This document shows positions 15,601 through 30,600 of a stretch of 64,000 nucleotides of DNA, piece by piece. A model generated the notes under the pieces. It was not told the DNA's origin, made no database searches, and worked only from the letters and a program-made list of their open reading frames with translations. A program made the translations under genes and the position numbers. Each line of letters opens with the position of its first letter. The first letter of the stretch is position 1. Source of the DNA: Nemertoderma westbladi (taxonomy: Eukaryota; Animalia; Xenacoelomorpha); contig JAUCBJ010003773.1 of assembly GCA_032718475.1 (NCBI GenBank), positions 1 to 64,000 of the forward strand. Direction: 5' to 3'.

Positions 15601-18600
15601 TACTGTTACTATTTGTGAGCTACGTTTATTTGCTTCGCACACATAGATACTGTTACTATTTGTGTGCTACTATTACTTGCTTCCCACACATAGATACTGT
15701 TACTATTTGTGTGCTACGTTTATTTGCTTCGCACACATAGATACTGTTACTATTTGTGTGCTACTATTACTTGCTTCCCACACATAGATACTGTTACTAT
15801 TTGTGTGCTACGTTTATTTGCTTCGCACACATAGATACTGTTACTATTTGTGTGCTACGTTTATTTGCTTCGCACACATAGATACTGTTACTATTTGTGT
15901 GCTACTATTACTTGCTTCCCACACATAGATACTGTTACTATTTGTGTGCTACGTTTATTTGCTTCCCACACATAGATACTGTTACTATTTGTGAGCTACG
16001 TTTATTTGCTTCCCACACATAGATACTGTTACTATTTGTGTGCTACGTTTATTTGCTTCGCACACATAGATACTGTTACTATTTGTGTACTACTATTACT
16101 TGCTTCCCACACATAGATACTGTTACTATTTGTGTGCTACTATTACTTGCTTCCCACACATAGATACTGTTACTATTTGTGTGCTACTATTACTTGCTTC
16201 CCACTCATAGATACTGTTACTATTTGTGTGCTACTATTACTTGCTTCCCACACATAGATACTGTTACTATTTGTGTGCTACTATTACTTGCTTCCCACTC
16301 ATAGATACTGTTACTATTTGTGAGCTACGTTTATTTGCTTCGCACACATAGATACTGTTACTATTTGTGTGCTACTATTACTTGCTTCCCACACATAGAT
16401 ACTGTTACTATTTGTGTGCTACGTTTATTTGCTTCCCACACATAGATACTGTTACTATTTGTGAGCTACGTTTATTTGCTTCCCACACATAGATACTGTT
16501 ACTATTTGTGTGCTACGTTTATTTGCTTCGCACACATAGATACTGTTACTATTTGTGTACTACTATTACTTGCTTCCCACACATAGATACTGTTACTATT
16601 TGTGTGCTACTATTACTTGCTTCCCACACATAGATACTGTTACTATTTGTGTGCTACTATTACTTGCTTCCCACTCATAGATACTGTTACTATTTGTGTG
16701 CTACTATTACTTGCTTCCCACACATAGATACTGTTACTATTTGTGTGCTACTATTACTTGCTTCCCACTCATAGATACTGTTACTATTTGTGAGCTACGT
16801 TTATTTGCTTCGCACACATAGATACTGTTACTATTTGTGTGCTACGTTTATTTGCTTCGCACACATAGATACTGTTACTATTTGTGAGCTACGTTTATTT
16901 GCTTCGCACACATAGATACTGTTACTATTTGTGAGCTACGTTTATTTGCTTCGCACACATAGATACTGTTACTATTTGTGTACTACTATTACTTGCTTCC
17001 CACACATAGATACTGTTACTATTTGTGTGCTACTATTACTTGCTTCCCACACATAGATACTGTTACTATTTGTGTGCTACTATTACTTGCTTCCCACTCA
17101 TAGATACTGTTACTATTTGTGTGCTACTATTACTTGCTTCCCACTCATAGATACTGTTACTATTTGTGTGCTACTATTACTTGCTTCCCACACATAGATA
17201 CTGTTACTATTTGTGAGCTACGTTTATTTGCTTCCCACACATAGATACTGTTACTATTTGTGTGCTACGTTTATTTGCTTCCCACACATAGATACTGTTA
17301 CTATTTGTGTGCTACTATTACTTGCTTCGCACACATAGATACTGTTACTATTTGTGTGCTACTATTACTTGCTTCCCACACATAGATACTGTTACTATTT
17401 GTGTACTACTATTACTTGCTTCCCACACATAGATACTGTTACTATTTGTGTGCTACGTTTATTTGCTTCGCACACATAGATACTGTTACTATTTGTGTGC
17501 TACTATTACTTGCTTCCCACACATAGATACTGTTACTATTTGTGTGCTACGTTTATTTGCTTCGCACACATAGATACTGTTACTATTTGTGTGCTACGTT
17601 TATTTGCTTCCCACACATAGATACTGTTACTATTTGTGTGCTACTATTACTTGCTTCCCACACATAGATACTGTTACTATTTGTGTGCTACTATTATTTG
17701 CTTCGCACACATAGATACTGTTACTATTTGTGAGCTACGTTTATTTGCTTCGCACACATAGATACTGTTACTATTTGTGTGCTACTATTACTTGCTTCGC
17801 ACACATAGATACTGTTACTATTTGTGTGCTACTATTACTTGCTTCCCACACATAGATACTGTTACTATTTGTGTACTACTATTACTTGCTTCCCACACAT
17901 AGATACTGTTACTATTTGTGTGCTACGTTTATTTGCTTCCCACACATAGATACTGTTACTATTTGTGTGCTACTATTACTTGCTTCGCACACATAGATAC
18001 TGTTACTATTTGTGTGCTACTATTACTTGCTTCCCACACATAGATACTGTTACTATTTGTGTACTACTATTACTTGCTTCCCACACATAGATACTGTTAC
18101 TATTTGTGTGCTACGTTTATTTGCTTCCCACACATAGATACTGTTACTATTTGTGTGCTACTATTACTTGCTTCGCACACATAGATACTGTTACTATTTG
18201 TGTGCTACTATTACTTGCTTCCCACACATAGATACTGTTACTATTTGTGTACTACTATTACTTGCTTCCCACACATAGATACTGTTACTATTTGTGTGCT
18301 ACGTTTATTTGCTTCGCACACATAGATACTGTTACTATTTGTGTGCTACTATTACTTGCTTCCCACACATAGATACTGTTACTATTTGTGTGCTACGTTT
18401 ATTTGCTTCGCACACATAGATACTGTTACTATTTGTGTGCTACGTTTATTTGCTTCCCACACATAGATACTGTTACTATTTGTGTGCTACTATTACTTGC
18501 TTCGCACACATAGATACTGTTACTATTTGTGTGCTACTATTACTTGCTTCCCACACATAGATACTGTTACTATTTGTGTACTACTATTACTTGCTTCCCA

Positions 18601-21600
18601 CACATAGATACTGTTACTATTTGTGTGCTACTATTACTTGCTTCCCACACATAGATACTGTTACTATTTGTGTACTACTATTACTTGCTTCCCACACATA
18701 GATACTGTTACTATTTGTGTGCTACGTTTATTTGCTTCGCACACATAGATACTGTTACTATTTGTGTGCTACTATTACTTGCTTCGCACACATAGATACT
18801 GTTACTATTTGTGTGCTACTATTACTTGCTTCCCACACATAGATACTGTTACTATTTGTGTACTACTATTACTTGCTTCCCACACATAGATACTGTTACT
18901 ATTTGTGTGCTACGTTTATTTGCTTCGCACACATAGATACTGTTACTATTTGTGTGCTACTATTACTTGCTTCCCACACATAGATACTGTTACTATTTGT
19001 GTACTACTATTACTTGCTTCCCACACATAGATACTGTTACTATTTGTGTGCTACGTTTATTTGCTTCGCACACATAGATACTGTTACTATTTGTGTGCTA
19101 CTATTACTTGCTTCCCACACATAGATACTGTTACTATTTGTGTACTACTATTACTTGCTTCCCACACATAGATACTGTTACTATTTGTGTGCTACGTTTA
19201 TTTGCTTCGCACACATAGATACTGTTACTATTTGTGTACTACTATTACTTGCTTCCCACACATAGATACTGTTACTATTTGTGTGCTACTATTACTTGCT
19301 TCCCACACATAGATACTGTTACTATTTGTGTACTACTATTACTTGCTTCCCACACATAGATACTGTTACTATTTGTGTGCTACGTTTATTTGCTTCGCAC
19401 ACATAGATACTGTTACTATTTGTGTGCTACTATTACTTGCTTCGCACACATAGATACTGTTACTATTTGTGTGCTACTATTACTTGCTTCCCACACATAG
19501 ATACTGTTACTATTTGTGTACTACTATTACTTGCTTCCCACACATAGATACTGTTACTATTTGTGTGCTACGTTTATTTGCTTCGCACACATAGATACTG
19601 TTACTATTTGTGTGCTACTATTACTTGCTTCCCACACATAGATACTGTTACTATTTGTGTACTACTATTACTTGCTTCCCACACATAGATACTGTTACTA
19701 TTTGTGTGCTACGTTTATTTGCTTCGCACACATAGATACTGTTACTATTTGTGTACTACTATTACTTGCTTCCCACACATAGATACTGTTACTATTTGTG
19801 TGCTACTATTACTTGCTTCCCACACATAGATACTGTTACTATTTGTGTACTACTATTACTTGCTTCCCACACATAGATACTGTTACTATTTGTGTGCTAC
19901 GTTTATTTGCTTCGCACACATAGATACTGTTACTATTTGTGTGCTACTATTACTTGCTTCGCACACATAGATACTGTTACTATTTGTGTGCTACTATTAC
20001 TTGCTTCCCACACATAGATACTGTTACTATTTGTGTACTACTATTACTTGCTTCCCACACATAGATACTGTTACTATTTGTGTGCTACGTTTATTTGCTT
20101 CGCACACATAGATACTGTTACTATTTGTGTGCTACTATTACTTGCTTCCCACACATAGATACTGTTACTATTTGTGTGCTACGTTTATTTGCTTCGCACA
20201 CATAGATACTGTTACTATTTGTGTGCTACGTTTATTTGCTTCCCACACATAGATACTGTTACTATTTGTGTGCTACTATTACTTGCTTCCCACACATAGA
20301 TACTGTTACTATTTGTGTACTACTATTACTTGCTTCCCACACATAGATACTGTTACTATTTGTGTGCTACGTTTATTTGCTTCGCACACATAGATACTGT
20401 TACTATTTGTGTGCTACTATTACTTGCTTCCCACACATAGATACTGTTACTATTTGTGTACTACTATTACTTGCTTCCCACACATAGATACTGTTACTAT
20501 TTGTGTGCTACGTTTATTTGCTTCGCACACATAGATACTGTTACTATTTGTGTACTACTATTACTTGCTTCCCACACATAGATACTGTTACTATTTGTGT
20601 GCTACTATTACTTGCTTCCCACACATAGATACTGTTACTATTTGTGTACTACTATTACTTGCTTCCCACACATAGATACTGTTACTATTTGTGTGCTACG
20701 TTTATTTGCTTCGCACACATAGATACTGTTACTATTTGTGTGCTACTATTACTTGCTTCCCACACATAGATACTGTTACTATTTGTGTGCTACGTTTATT
20801 TGCTTCGCACACATAGATACTGTTACTATTTGTGTGCTACGTTTATTTGCTTCCCACACATAGATACTGTTACTATTTGTGTGCTACTATTACTTGCTTC
20901 GCACACATAGATACTGTTACTATTTGTGTGCTACTATTACTTGCTTCCCACACATAGATACTGTTACTATTTGTGTACTACTATTACTTGCTTCCCACAC
21001 ATAGATACTGTTACTATTTGTGTGCTACGTTTATTTGCTTCCCACACATAGATACTGTTACTATTTGTGTGCTACTATTACTTGCTTCGCACACATAGAT
21101 ACTGTTACTATTTGTGTGCTACTATTACTTGCTTCCCACACATAGATACTGTTACTATTTGTGTACTACTATTACTTGCTTCCCACACATAGATACTGTT
21201 ACTATTTGTGTGCTACGTTTATTTGCTTCGCACACATAGATACTGTTACTATTTGTGTGCTACTATTACTTGCTTCCCACACATAGATACTGTTACTATT
21301 TGTGTGCTACGTTTATTTGCTTCGCACACATAGATACTGTTACTATTTGTGTGCTACGTTTATTTGCTTCCCACACATAGATACTGTTACTATTTGTGTG
21401 CTACTATTACTTGCTTCCCACACATAGATACTGTTACTATTTGTGTGCTACTATTATTTGCTTCGCACACATAGATACTGTTACTATTTGTGAGCTACGT
21501 TTATTTGCTTCGCACACATAGATACTGTTACTATTTGTGAGCTACGTTTATTTGCTTCGCACACATAGATACTGTTACTATTTGTGAGCTACGTTTATTT

Positions 21601-24600
21601 GCTTCGCACACATAGATACTGTTACTATTTGTGAGCTACGTTTATTTGCTTCGCACACATAGATACTGTTACTATTTGTGAGCTACGTTTATTTGCTTCG
21701 CACACATAGATACTGGTACTATTTGTGTGCTACTATTACTTGCTTCCCACACATAGATACTGTTACTATTTGTGTACTACTATTACTTGCTTCCCACACA
21801 TAGATACTGTTACTATTTGTGTGCTACGTTTATTTGCTTCCCACACATAGATACTGTTACTATTTGTGTGCTACGTTTATTTGCTTCCCACACATAGATA
21901 CTGTTACTATTTGTGAGCTACGTTTATTTGCTTCGCACACATAGATACTGTTACTATTTGTGTGCTACTATTACTTGCTTCCCACACATAGATACTGTTA
22001 CTATTTGTGTACTACTATTACTTGCTTCCCACACATAGATACTGTTACTATTTGTGTGCTACGTTTATTTGCTTCCCACACATAGATACTGTTACTATTT
22101 GTGTGCTACGTTTATTTGCTTCCCACACATAGATACTGTTACTATTTGTGAGCTACGTTTATTTGCTTCCCACACATAGATACTGTTACTATTTGTGTGC
22201 TACTATTACTTGCTTCCCACACATAGATACTGTTACTATTTGTGTACTACTATTACTTGCTTCCCACACATAGATACTGTTACTATTTGTGTGCTACGTT
22301 TATTTGCTTCCCACACATAGATACTGTTACTATTTGTGTGCTACGTTTATTTGCTTCCCACACATAGATACTGTTACTATTTGTGTGCTACTATTACTTG
22401 CTTCCCACACATAGATACTGTTACTATTTGTGTGCTACGTTTATTTGCTTCGCACACATAGATACTGTTACTATTTGTGAGCTACGTTTATTTGCTTCCC
22501 ACACATAGATACTGTTACTATTTGTGTACTACTATTACTTGCTTCCCACACATAGATACTGTTACTATTTGTGTGCTACGTTTATTTGCTTCGCACACAT
22601 AGATACTGTTACTATTTGTGAGCTACGTTTATTTGCTTCCCACACATAGATACTGTTACTATTTGTGTACTACTATTACTTGCTTCCCACACATAGATAC
22701 TGTTACTATTTGTGTGCTACGTTTATTTGCTTCGCACACATAGATACTGTTACTATTTGTGAGCTACGTTTATTTGCTTCGCACACATAGATACTGTTAC
22801 TATTTGTGTGCTACTATTACTTGCTTCCCACACATAGATACTGTTACTATTTGTGAGCTACGTTTATTTGCTTCGCACACATAGATACTGTTACTATTTG
22901 TGTGCTACTATTACTTGCTTCCCACACATAGATACTGTTACTATTTGTGTGCTACTATTACTTGCTTCCCACACATAGATACTGTTACTATTTGTGTGCT
23001 ACTATTACTTGCTTCCCACACATAGATACTGTTACTATTTGTGTGCTACGTTTATTTGCTTCGCACACATAGATACTGTTACTATTTGTGTGCTACGTTT
23101 ATTTGCTTCCCACACATAGATACTGTTACTATTTGTGTGCTACGTTTATTTGCTTCCCACACATAGATACTGTTACTATTTGTGTGCTACTATTATTTGC
23201 TTCCCACACATAGATACTGTTACTATTTGTGTGCTACGTTTATTTGCTTCGCACACATAGATACTGTTACTATTTGTGTGCTACTATTACTTGCTTCCCA
23301 CACATAGATACTGTTACTATTTGTGTGCTACTATTACTTGCTTCCCACACATAGATACTGTTACTATTTGTGTGCTACGTTTATTTGCTTCCCACACATA
23401 GATACTGTTACTATTTGTGTACTACTATTACTTGCTTCCCACACATAGATACTGTTACTATTTGTGTGCTACGTTTATTTGCTTCGCACACATAGATACT
23501 GTTACTATTTGTGAGCTACGTTTATTTGCTTCCCACACATAGATACTGTTACTATTTGTGTGCTACTATTACTTGCTTCCCACACATAGATACTGTTACT
23601 ATTTGTGTACTACTATTACTTGCTTCCCACACATAGATACTGTTACTATTTGTGTGCTACGTTTATTTGCTTCCCACACATAGATACTGTTACTATTTGT
23701 GTGCTACGTTTATTTGCTTCCCACACATAGATACTGTTACTATTTGTGTGCTACTATTACTTGCTTCCCACACATAGATACTGTTACTATTTGTGTGCTA
23801 CGTTTATTTGCTTCGCACACATAGATACTGTTACTATTTGTGAGCTACGTTTATTTGCTTCCCACACATAGATACTGTTACTATTTGTGTACTACTATTA
23901 CTTGCTTCCCACACATAGATACTGTTACTATTTGTGTGCTACTATTACTTGCTTCCCACACATAGATACTGTTACTATTTGTGTGCTACGTTTATTTGCT
24001 TCCCACACATAGATACTGGTACTATTTGTGTGCTACGTTTATTTGCTTCGCACACATAGATACTGTTACTATTTGTGAGCTACGTTTATTTGCTTCCCAC
24101 ACATAGATACTGTTACTATTTGTGTGCTACGTTTATTTGCTTCGCACACATAGATACTGTTACTATTTGTGTGCTACTATTACTTGCTTCCCACACATAG
24201 ATACTGTTACTATTTGTGTGCTACTATTACTTGCTTCCCACACATAGATACTGTTACTATTTGTGTGCTACTATTACTTGCTTCCCACACATAGATACTG
24301 TTACTATTTGTGTGCTACTATTACTTGCTTCCCACACATAGATACTGTTACTATTTGTGAGCTACGTTTATTTGCTTCGCACACATAGATACTGTTACTA
24401 TTTGTGTGCTACGTTTATTTGCTTCGCACACATAGATACTGTTACTATTTGTGTGCTACGTTTATTTGCTTCCCACACATAGATACTGTTACTATTTGTG
24501 TGCTACTATTACTTGCTTCCCACACATAGATACTGTTACTATTTGTGTGCTACGTTTATTTGCTTCCCACACATAGATACTGTTACTATTTGTGTGCTAC

Positions 24601-27600
24601 TATTACTTGCTTCCCACACATAGATACTGTTACTATTTGTGTGCTACTATTACTTGCTTCCCACACATAGATACTGTTACTATTTGTGTGCTACGTTTAT
24701 TTGCTTCCCACACATAGATACTGTTACTATTTGTGTGCTACTATTACTTGCTTCCCACACATAGATACTGTTACTATTTGTGTGCTACTATTACTTGCTT
24801 CCCACACATAGATACTGTTACTATTTGTGTGCTACGTTTATTTGCTTCCCACACATAGATACTGGTACTATTTGTGTGCTACGTTTATTTGCTTCGCACA
24901 CATAGATACTGTTACTATTTGTGAGCTACGTTTATTTGCTTCCCACACATAGATACTGTTACTATTTGTGTGCTACGTTTATTTGCTTCGCACACATAGA
25001 TACTGTTACTATTTGTGTGCTACTATTACTTGCTTCCCACACATAGATACTGTTACTATTTGTGTGCTACTATTACTTGCTTCCCACACATAGATACTGT
25101 TACTATTTGTGTGCTACTATTACTTGCTTCCCACACATAGATACTGTTACTATTTGTGTGCTACTATTACTTGCTTCCCACACATAGATACTGTTACTAT
25201 TTGTGAGCTACGTTTATTTGCTTCGCACACATAGATACTGTTACTATTTGTGTGCTACGTTTATTTGCTTCGCACACATAGATACTGTTACTATTTGTGT
25301 GCTACGTTTATTTGCTTCCCACACATAGATACTGTTACTATTTGTGTGCTACTATTACTTGCTTCCCACACATAGATACTGTTACTATTTGTGAGCTACG
25401 TTTATTTGCTTCGCACACATAGATACTGTTACTATTTGTGTGCTACGTTTATTTGCTTCGCACACATAGATACTGTTACTATTTGTGTGCTACGTTTATT
25501 TGCTTCCCACACATAGATACTGTTACTATTTGTGAGCTACGTTTATTTGCTTCCCACACATAGATACTGTTACTATTTGTGTACTACTATTACTTGCTTC
25601 CCACACATAGATACTGTTACTATTTGTGTACTACTATTACTTGCTTCCCACACATAGATACTGTTACTATTTGTGTGCTACGTTTATTTGCTTCCCACAC
25701 ATAGATACTGTTACTATTTGTGTGCTACGTTTATTTGCTTCGCACACATAGATACTGTTACTATTTGTGTGCTACTATTACTTGCTTCGCACACATAGAT
25801 ACTGTTACTATTTGTGAGCTACTATTACTTGCTTCCCACTCATAGATACTGTTACTATTTGTGTGCTACTATTACTTGCTTCGCACACATAGATACTGTT
25901 ACTATTTGTGTGCTACTATTACTTGCTTCCCACACATAGATACTGTTACTATTTGTGTGCTACGTTTATTTGCTTCGCACACATAGATACTGTTACTATT
26001 TGTGTGCTACTATTACTTGCTTCCCACACATAGATACTGTTACTATTTGTGAGCTACTATTACTTGCTTCCCACTCATAGATACTGTTACTATTTGTGTG
26101 CTACTATTACTTGCTTCGCACACATAGATACTGTTACTATTTGTGTGCTACTATTACTTGCTTCCCACACATAGATACTGTTACTATTTGTGAGCTACGT
26201 TTATTTGCTTCGCACACATAGATACTGTTACTATTTGTGTGCTACGTTTATTTGCTTCGCACACATAGATACTGTTACTATTTGTGTGCTACGTTTATTT
26301 GCTTCGCACACATAGATACTGTTACTATTTGTGTGCTACGTTTATTTGCTTCCCACTCATAGATACTGTTACTATTTGTGTGCTACTATTACTTGCTTCC
26401 CACACATAGATACTGTTACTATTTGTGAGCTACGTTTATTTGCTTCCCACACATAGATACTGTTACTATTTGTGTACTACTATTACTTGCTTCCCACACA
26501 TAGATACTGTTACTATTTGTGTGCTACGTTTATTTGCTTCGCACACATAGATACTGTTACTATTTGTGTGCTACGTTTATTTGCTTCCCACTCATAGATA
26601 CTGTTACTATTTGTGTACTACTATTACTTGCTTCCCACACATAGATACTGTTACTATTTGTGTGCTACGTTTATTTGCTTCGCACACATAGATACTGTTA
26701 CTATTTGTGTGCTACGTTTATTTGCTTCGCACACATAGATACTGTTACTATTTGTGTGCTACGTTTATTTGCTTCGCACACATAGATACTGTTACTATTT
26801 GTGTGCTACGTTTATTTGCTTCCCACACATAGATACTGTTACTATTTGTGTACTACTATTACTTGCTTCCCACACATAGATACTGTTACTATTTGTGTGC
26901 TACGTTTATTTGCTTCGCACACATAGATACTGTTACTATTTGTGTGCTACTATTACTTGCTTCCCACACATAGATACTGTTACTATTTGTGTGCTACGTT
27001 TATTTGCTTCGCACACATAGATACTGTTACTATTTGTGAGCTACGTTTATTTGCTTCGCACACATAGATACTGTTACTATTTGTGAGCTACGTTTATTTG
27101 CTTCGCACACATAGATACTGTTACTATTTGTGAGCTACGTTTATTTGCTTCCCACTCATAGATACTGTTACTATTTGTGTGCTACTATTACTTGCTTCCC
27201 ACACATAGATACTGTTACTATTTGTGTGCTACGTTTATTTGCTTCGCACACATAGATACTGTTACTATTTGTGTGCTACTATTACTTGCTTCCCACACAT
27301 AGATACTGTTACTATTTGTGAGCTACGTTTATTTGCTTCGCACACATAGATACTGTTACTATTTGTGAGCTACGTTTATTTGCTTCCCACACATAGATAC
27401 TGTTACTATTTGTGAGCTACGTTTATTTGCTTCGCACACATAGATACTGTTACTATTTGTGTGCTACGTTTATTTGCTTCGCACACATAGATACTGTTAC
27501 TATTTGTGTGCTTCTATTATTTGCTTCGCACACATAGATACTGTTACTATTTGTGAGCTACGTTTATTTGCTTCCCACACATAGATACTGTTACTATTTG

Positions 27601-30600
27601 TGTGCTTCTATTATTTGCTTCGCACACATAGATACTGTTACTATTTGTGAGCTACGTTTATTTGCTTCGCACACATAGATACTGGTACTATTTGTGTGCT
27701 ACGTTTATTTGCTTCCCACACATAGATACTGTTACTATTTGTGTGCTACTATTATTTGCTTCCCACACATAGATACTGTTACTATTTGTGTGCTACGTTT
27801 ATTTGCTTCGCACACATAGATACTGTTACTATTTGTGAGCTACGTTTATTTGCTTCGCACACATAGATACTGTTACTATTTGTGAGCTACGTTTATTTGC
27901 TTCGCACACATAGATACTGTTACTATTTGTGTGCTACGTTTATTTGCTTCCCACACATAGATACTGTTACTATTTGTGAGCTACGTTTATTTGCTTCCCA
28001 CACATAGATACTGTTACTATTTGTGAGCTACGTTTATTTGCTTCGCACACATAGATACTGTTACTATTTGTGTGCTACGTTTATTTGCTTCGCACACATA
28101 GATACTGTTACTATTTGTGAGCTACGTTTATTTGCTTCGCACACATAGATACTGTTACTATTTGTGTGCTACGTTTATTTGCTTCCCACACATAGATACT
28201 GTTACTATTTGTGAGCTACGTTTATTTGCTTCGCACACATAGATACTGTTACTATTTGTGAGCTACGTTTATTTGCTTCGCACACATAGATACTGTTACT
28301 ATTTGTGTGCTACGTTTATTTGCTTCCCACACATAGATACTGTTACTATTTGTGTGCTACTATTACTTGCTTCCCACACATAGATACTGTTACTATTTGT
28401 GAGCTACGTTTATTTGCTTCCCACACATAGATACTGTTACTATTTGTGTGCTACGTTTATTTGCTTCCCACACATAGATACTGTTACTATTTGTGAGCTA
28501 CGTTTATTTGCTTCGCACACATAGATACTGTTACTATTTGTGAGCTACGTTTATTTGCTTCGCACACATAGATACTGTTACTATTTGTGAGCTACGTTTA
28601 TTTGCTTCGCACACATAGATACTGTTACTATTTGTGTGCTACGTTTATTTGCTTCGCACACATAGATACTGTTACTATTTGTGTGCTACTATTACTTGCT
28701 TCCCACACATAGATACTGTTACTATTTGTGTGCTACTATTACTTGCTTCCCACACATAGATACTGTTACTATTTGTGTGCTACGTTTATTTGCTTCGCAC
28801 ACATAGATACTGTTACTATTTGTGTGCTACGTTTATTTGCTTCGCACACATAGATACTGTTACTATTTGTGTGCTACTATTACTTGCTTCCCACACATAG
28901 ATACTGTTACTATTTGTGTGCTACGTTTATTTGCTTCGCACACATAGATACTGTTACTATTTGTGTGCTACGTTTATTTGCTTCGCACACATAGATACTG
29001 TTACTATTTGTGTGCTACGTTTATTTGCTTCGCACACATAGATACTGTTACTATTTGTGTGCTACGTTTATTTGCTTCGCACACATAGATACTGTTACTA
29101 TTTGTGTGCTACGTTTATTTGCTTCGCACACATAGATACTGTTACTATTTGTGTGCTACTATTACTTGCTTCCCACACATAGATACTGTTACTATTTGTG
29201 TGCTACGTTTATTTGCTTCGCACACATAGATACTGTTACTATTTGTGTGCTACGTTTACTTGCTTCCCACACATAGATACTGTTACTATTTGTGTGCTAC
29301 GTTTATTTGCTTCGCACACATAGATACTGTTACTATTTGTGTGCTACGTTTATTTGCTTCGCACACATAGATACTGTTACTATTTGTGTGCTACTATTAC
29401 TTGCTTCCCACACATAGATACTGTTACTATTTGTGTGCTACGTTTATTTGCTTCGCACACATAGATACTGTTACTATTTGTGTGCTACGTTTATTTGCTT
29501 CGCACACATAGATACTGTTACTATTTGTGTGCTACGTTTATTTGCTTCGCACACATAGATACTGTTACTATTTGTGTGCTACTATTACTTGCTTCCCACA
29601 CATAGATACTGTTACTATTTGTGAGCTACGTTTATTTGCTTCGCACACATAGATACTGTTACTATTTGTGTGCTACTATTACTTGCTTCCCACACATAGA
29701 TACTGTTACTATTTGTGTGCTACGTTTATTTGCTTCGCACACATAGATACTGTTACTATTTGTGAGCTACGTTTATTTGCTTCGCACACATAGATACTGT
29801 TACTATTTGTGAGCTACGTTTATTTGCTTCGCACACATAGATACTGTTACTATTTGTGAGCTACGTTTATTTGCTTCGCACACATAGATACTGTTACTAT
29901 TTGTGAGCTACGTTTATTTGCTTCGCACACATAGATACTGTTACTATTTGTGTGCTACGTTTATTTGCTTCCCACACATAGATACTGTTACTATTTGTGA
30001 GCTACGTTTATTTGCTTCGCACACATAGATACTGTTACTATTTGTGTGCTACTATTACTTGCTTCCCACACATAGATACTGTTACTATTTGTGTGCTACG
30101 TTTATTTGCTTCCCACACATAGATACTGTTACTATTTGTGAGCTACGTTTATTTGCTTCCCACACATAGATACTGTTACTATTTGTGTGCTACTATTACT
30201 TGCTTCCCACACATAGATACTGTTACTATTTGTGTGCTACTATTACTTGCTTCCCACACATAGATACTGTTACTATTTGTGTGCTACTATTACTTGCTTC
30301 CCACACATAGATACTGTTACTATTTGTGTGCTACTATTACTTGCTTCCCACACATAGATACTGTTACTATTTGTGTGCTACGTTTATTTGCTTCGCACAC
30401 ATAGATACTGTTACTATTTGTGAGCTACGTTTATTTGCTTCGCACACATAGATACTGTTACTATTTGTGTGCTACTATTACTTGCTTCCCACACATAGAT
30501 ACTGTTACTATTTGTGTGCTACGTTTATTTGCTTCCCACACATAGATACTGTTACTATTTGTGAGCTACGTTTATTTGCTTCCCACACATAGATACTGTT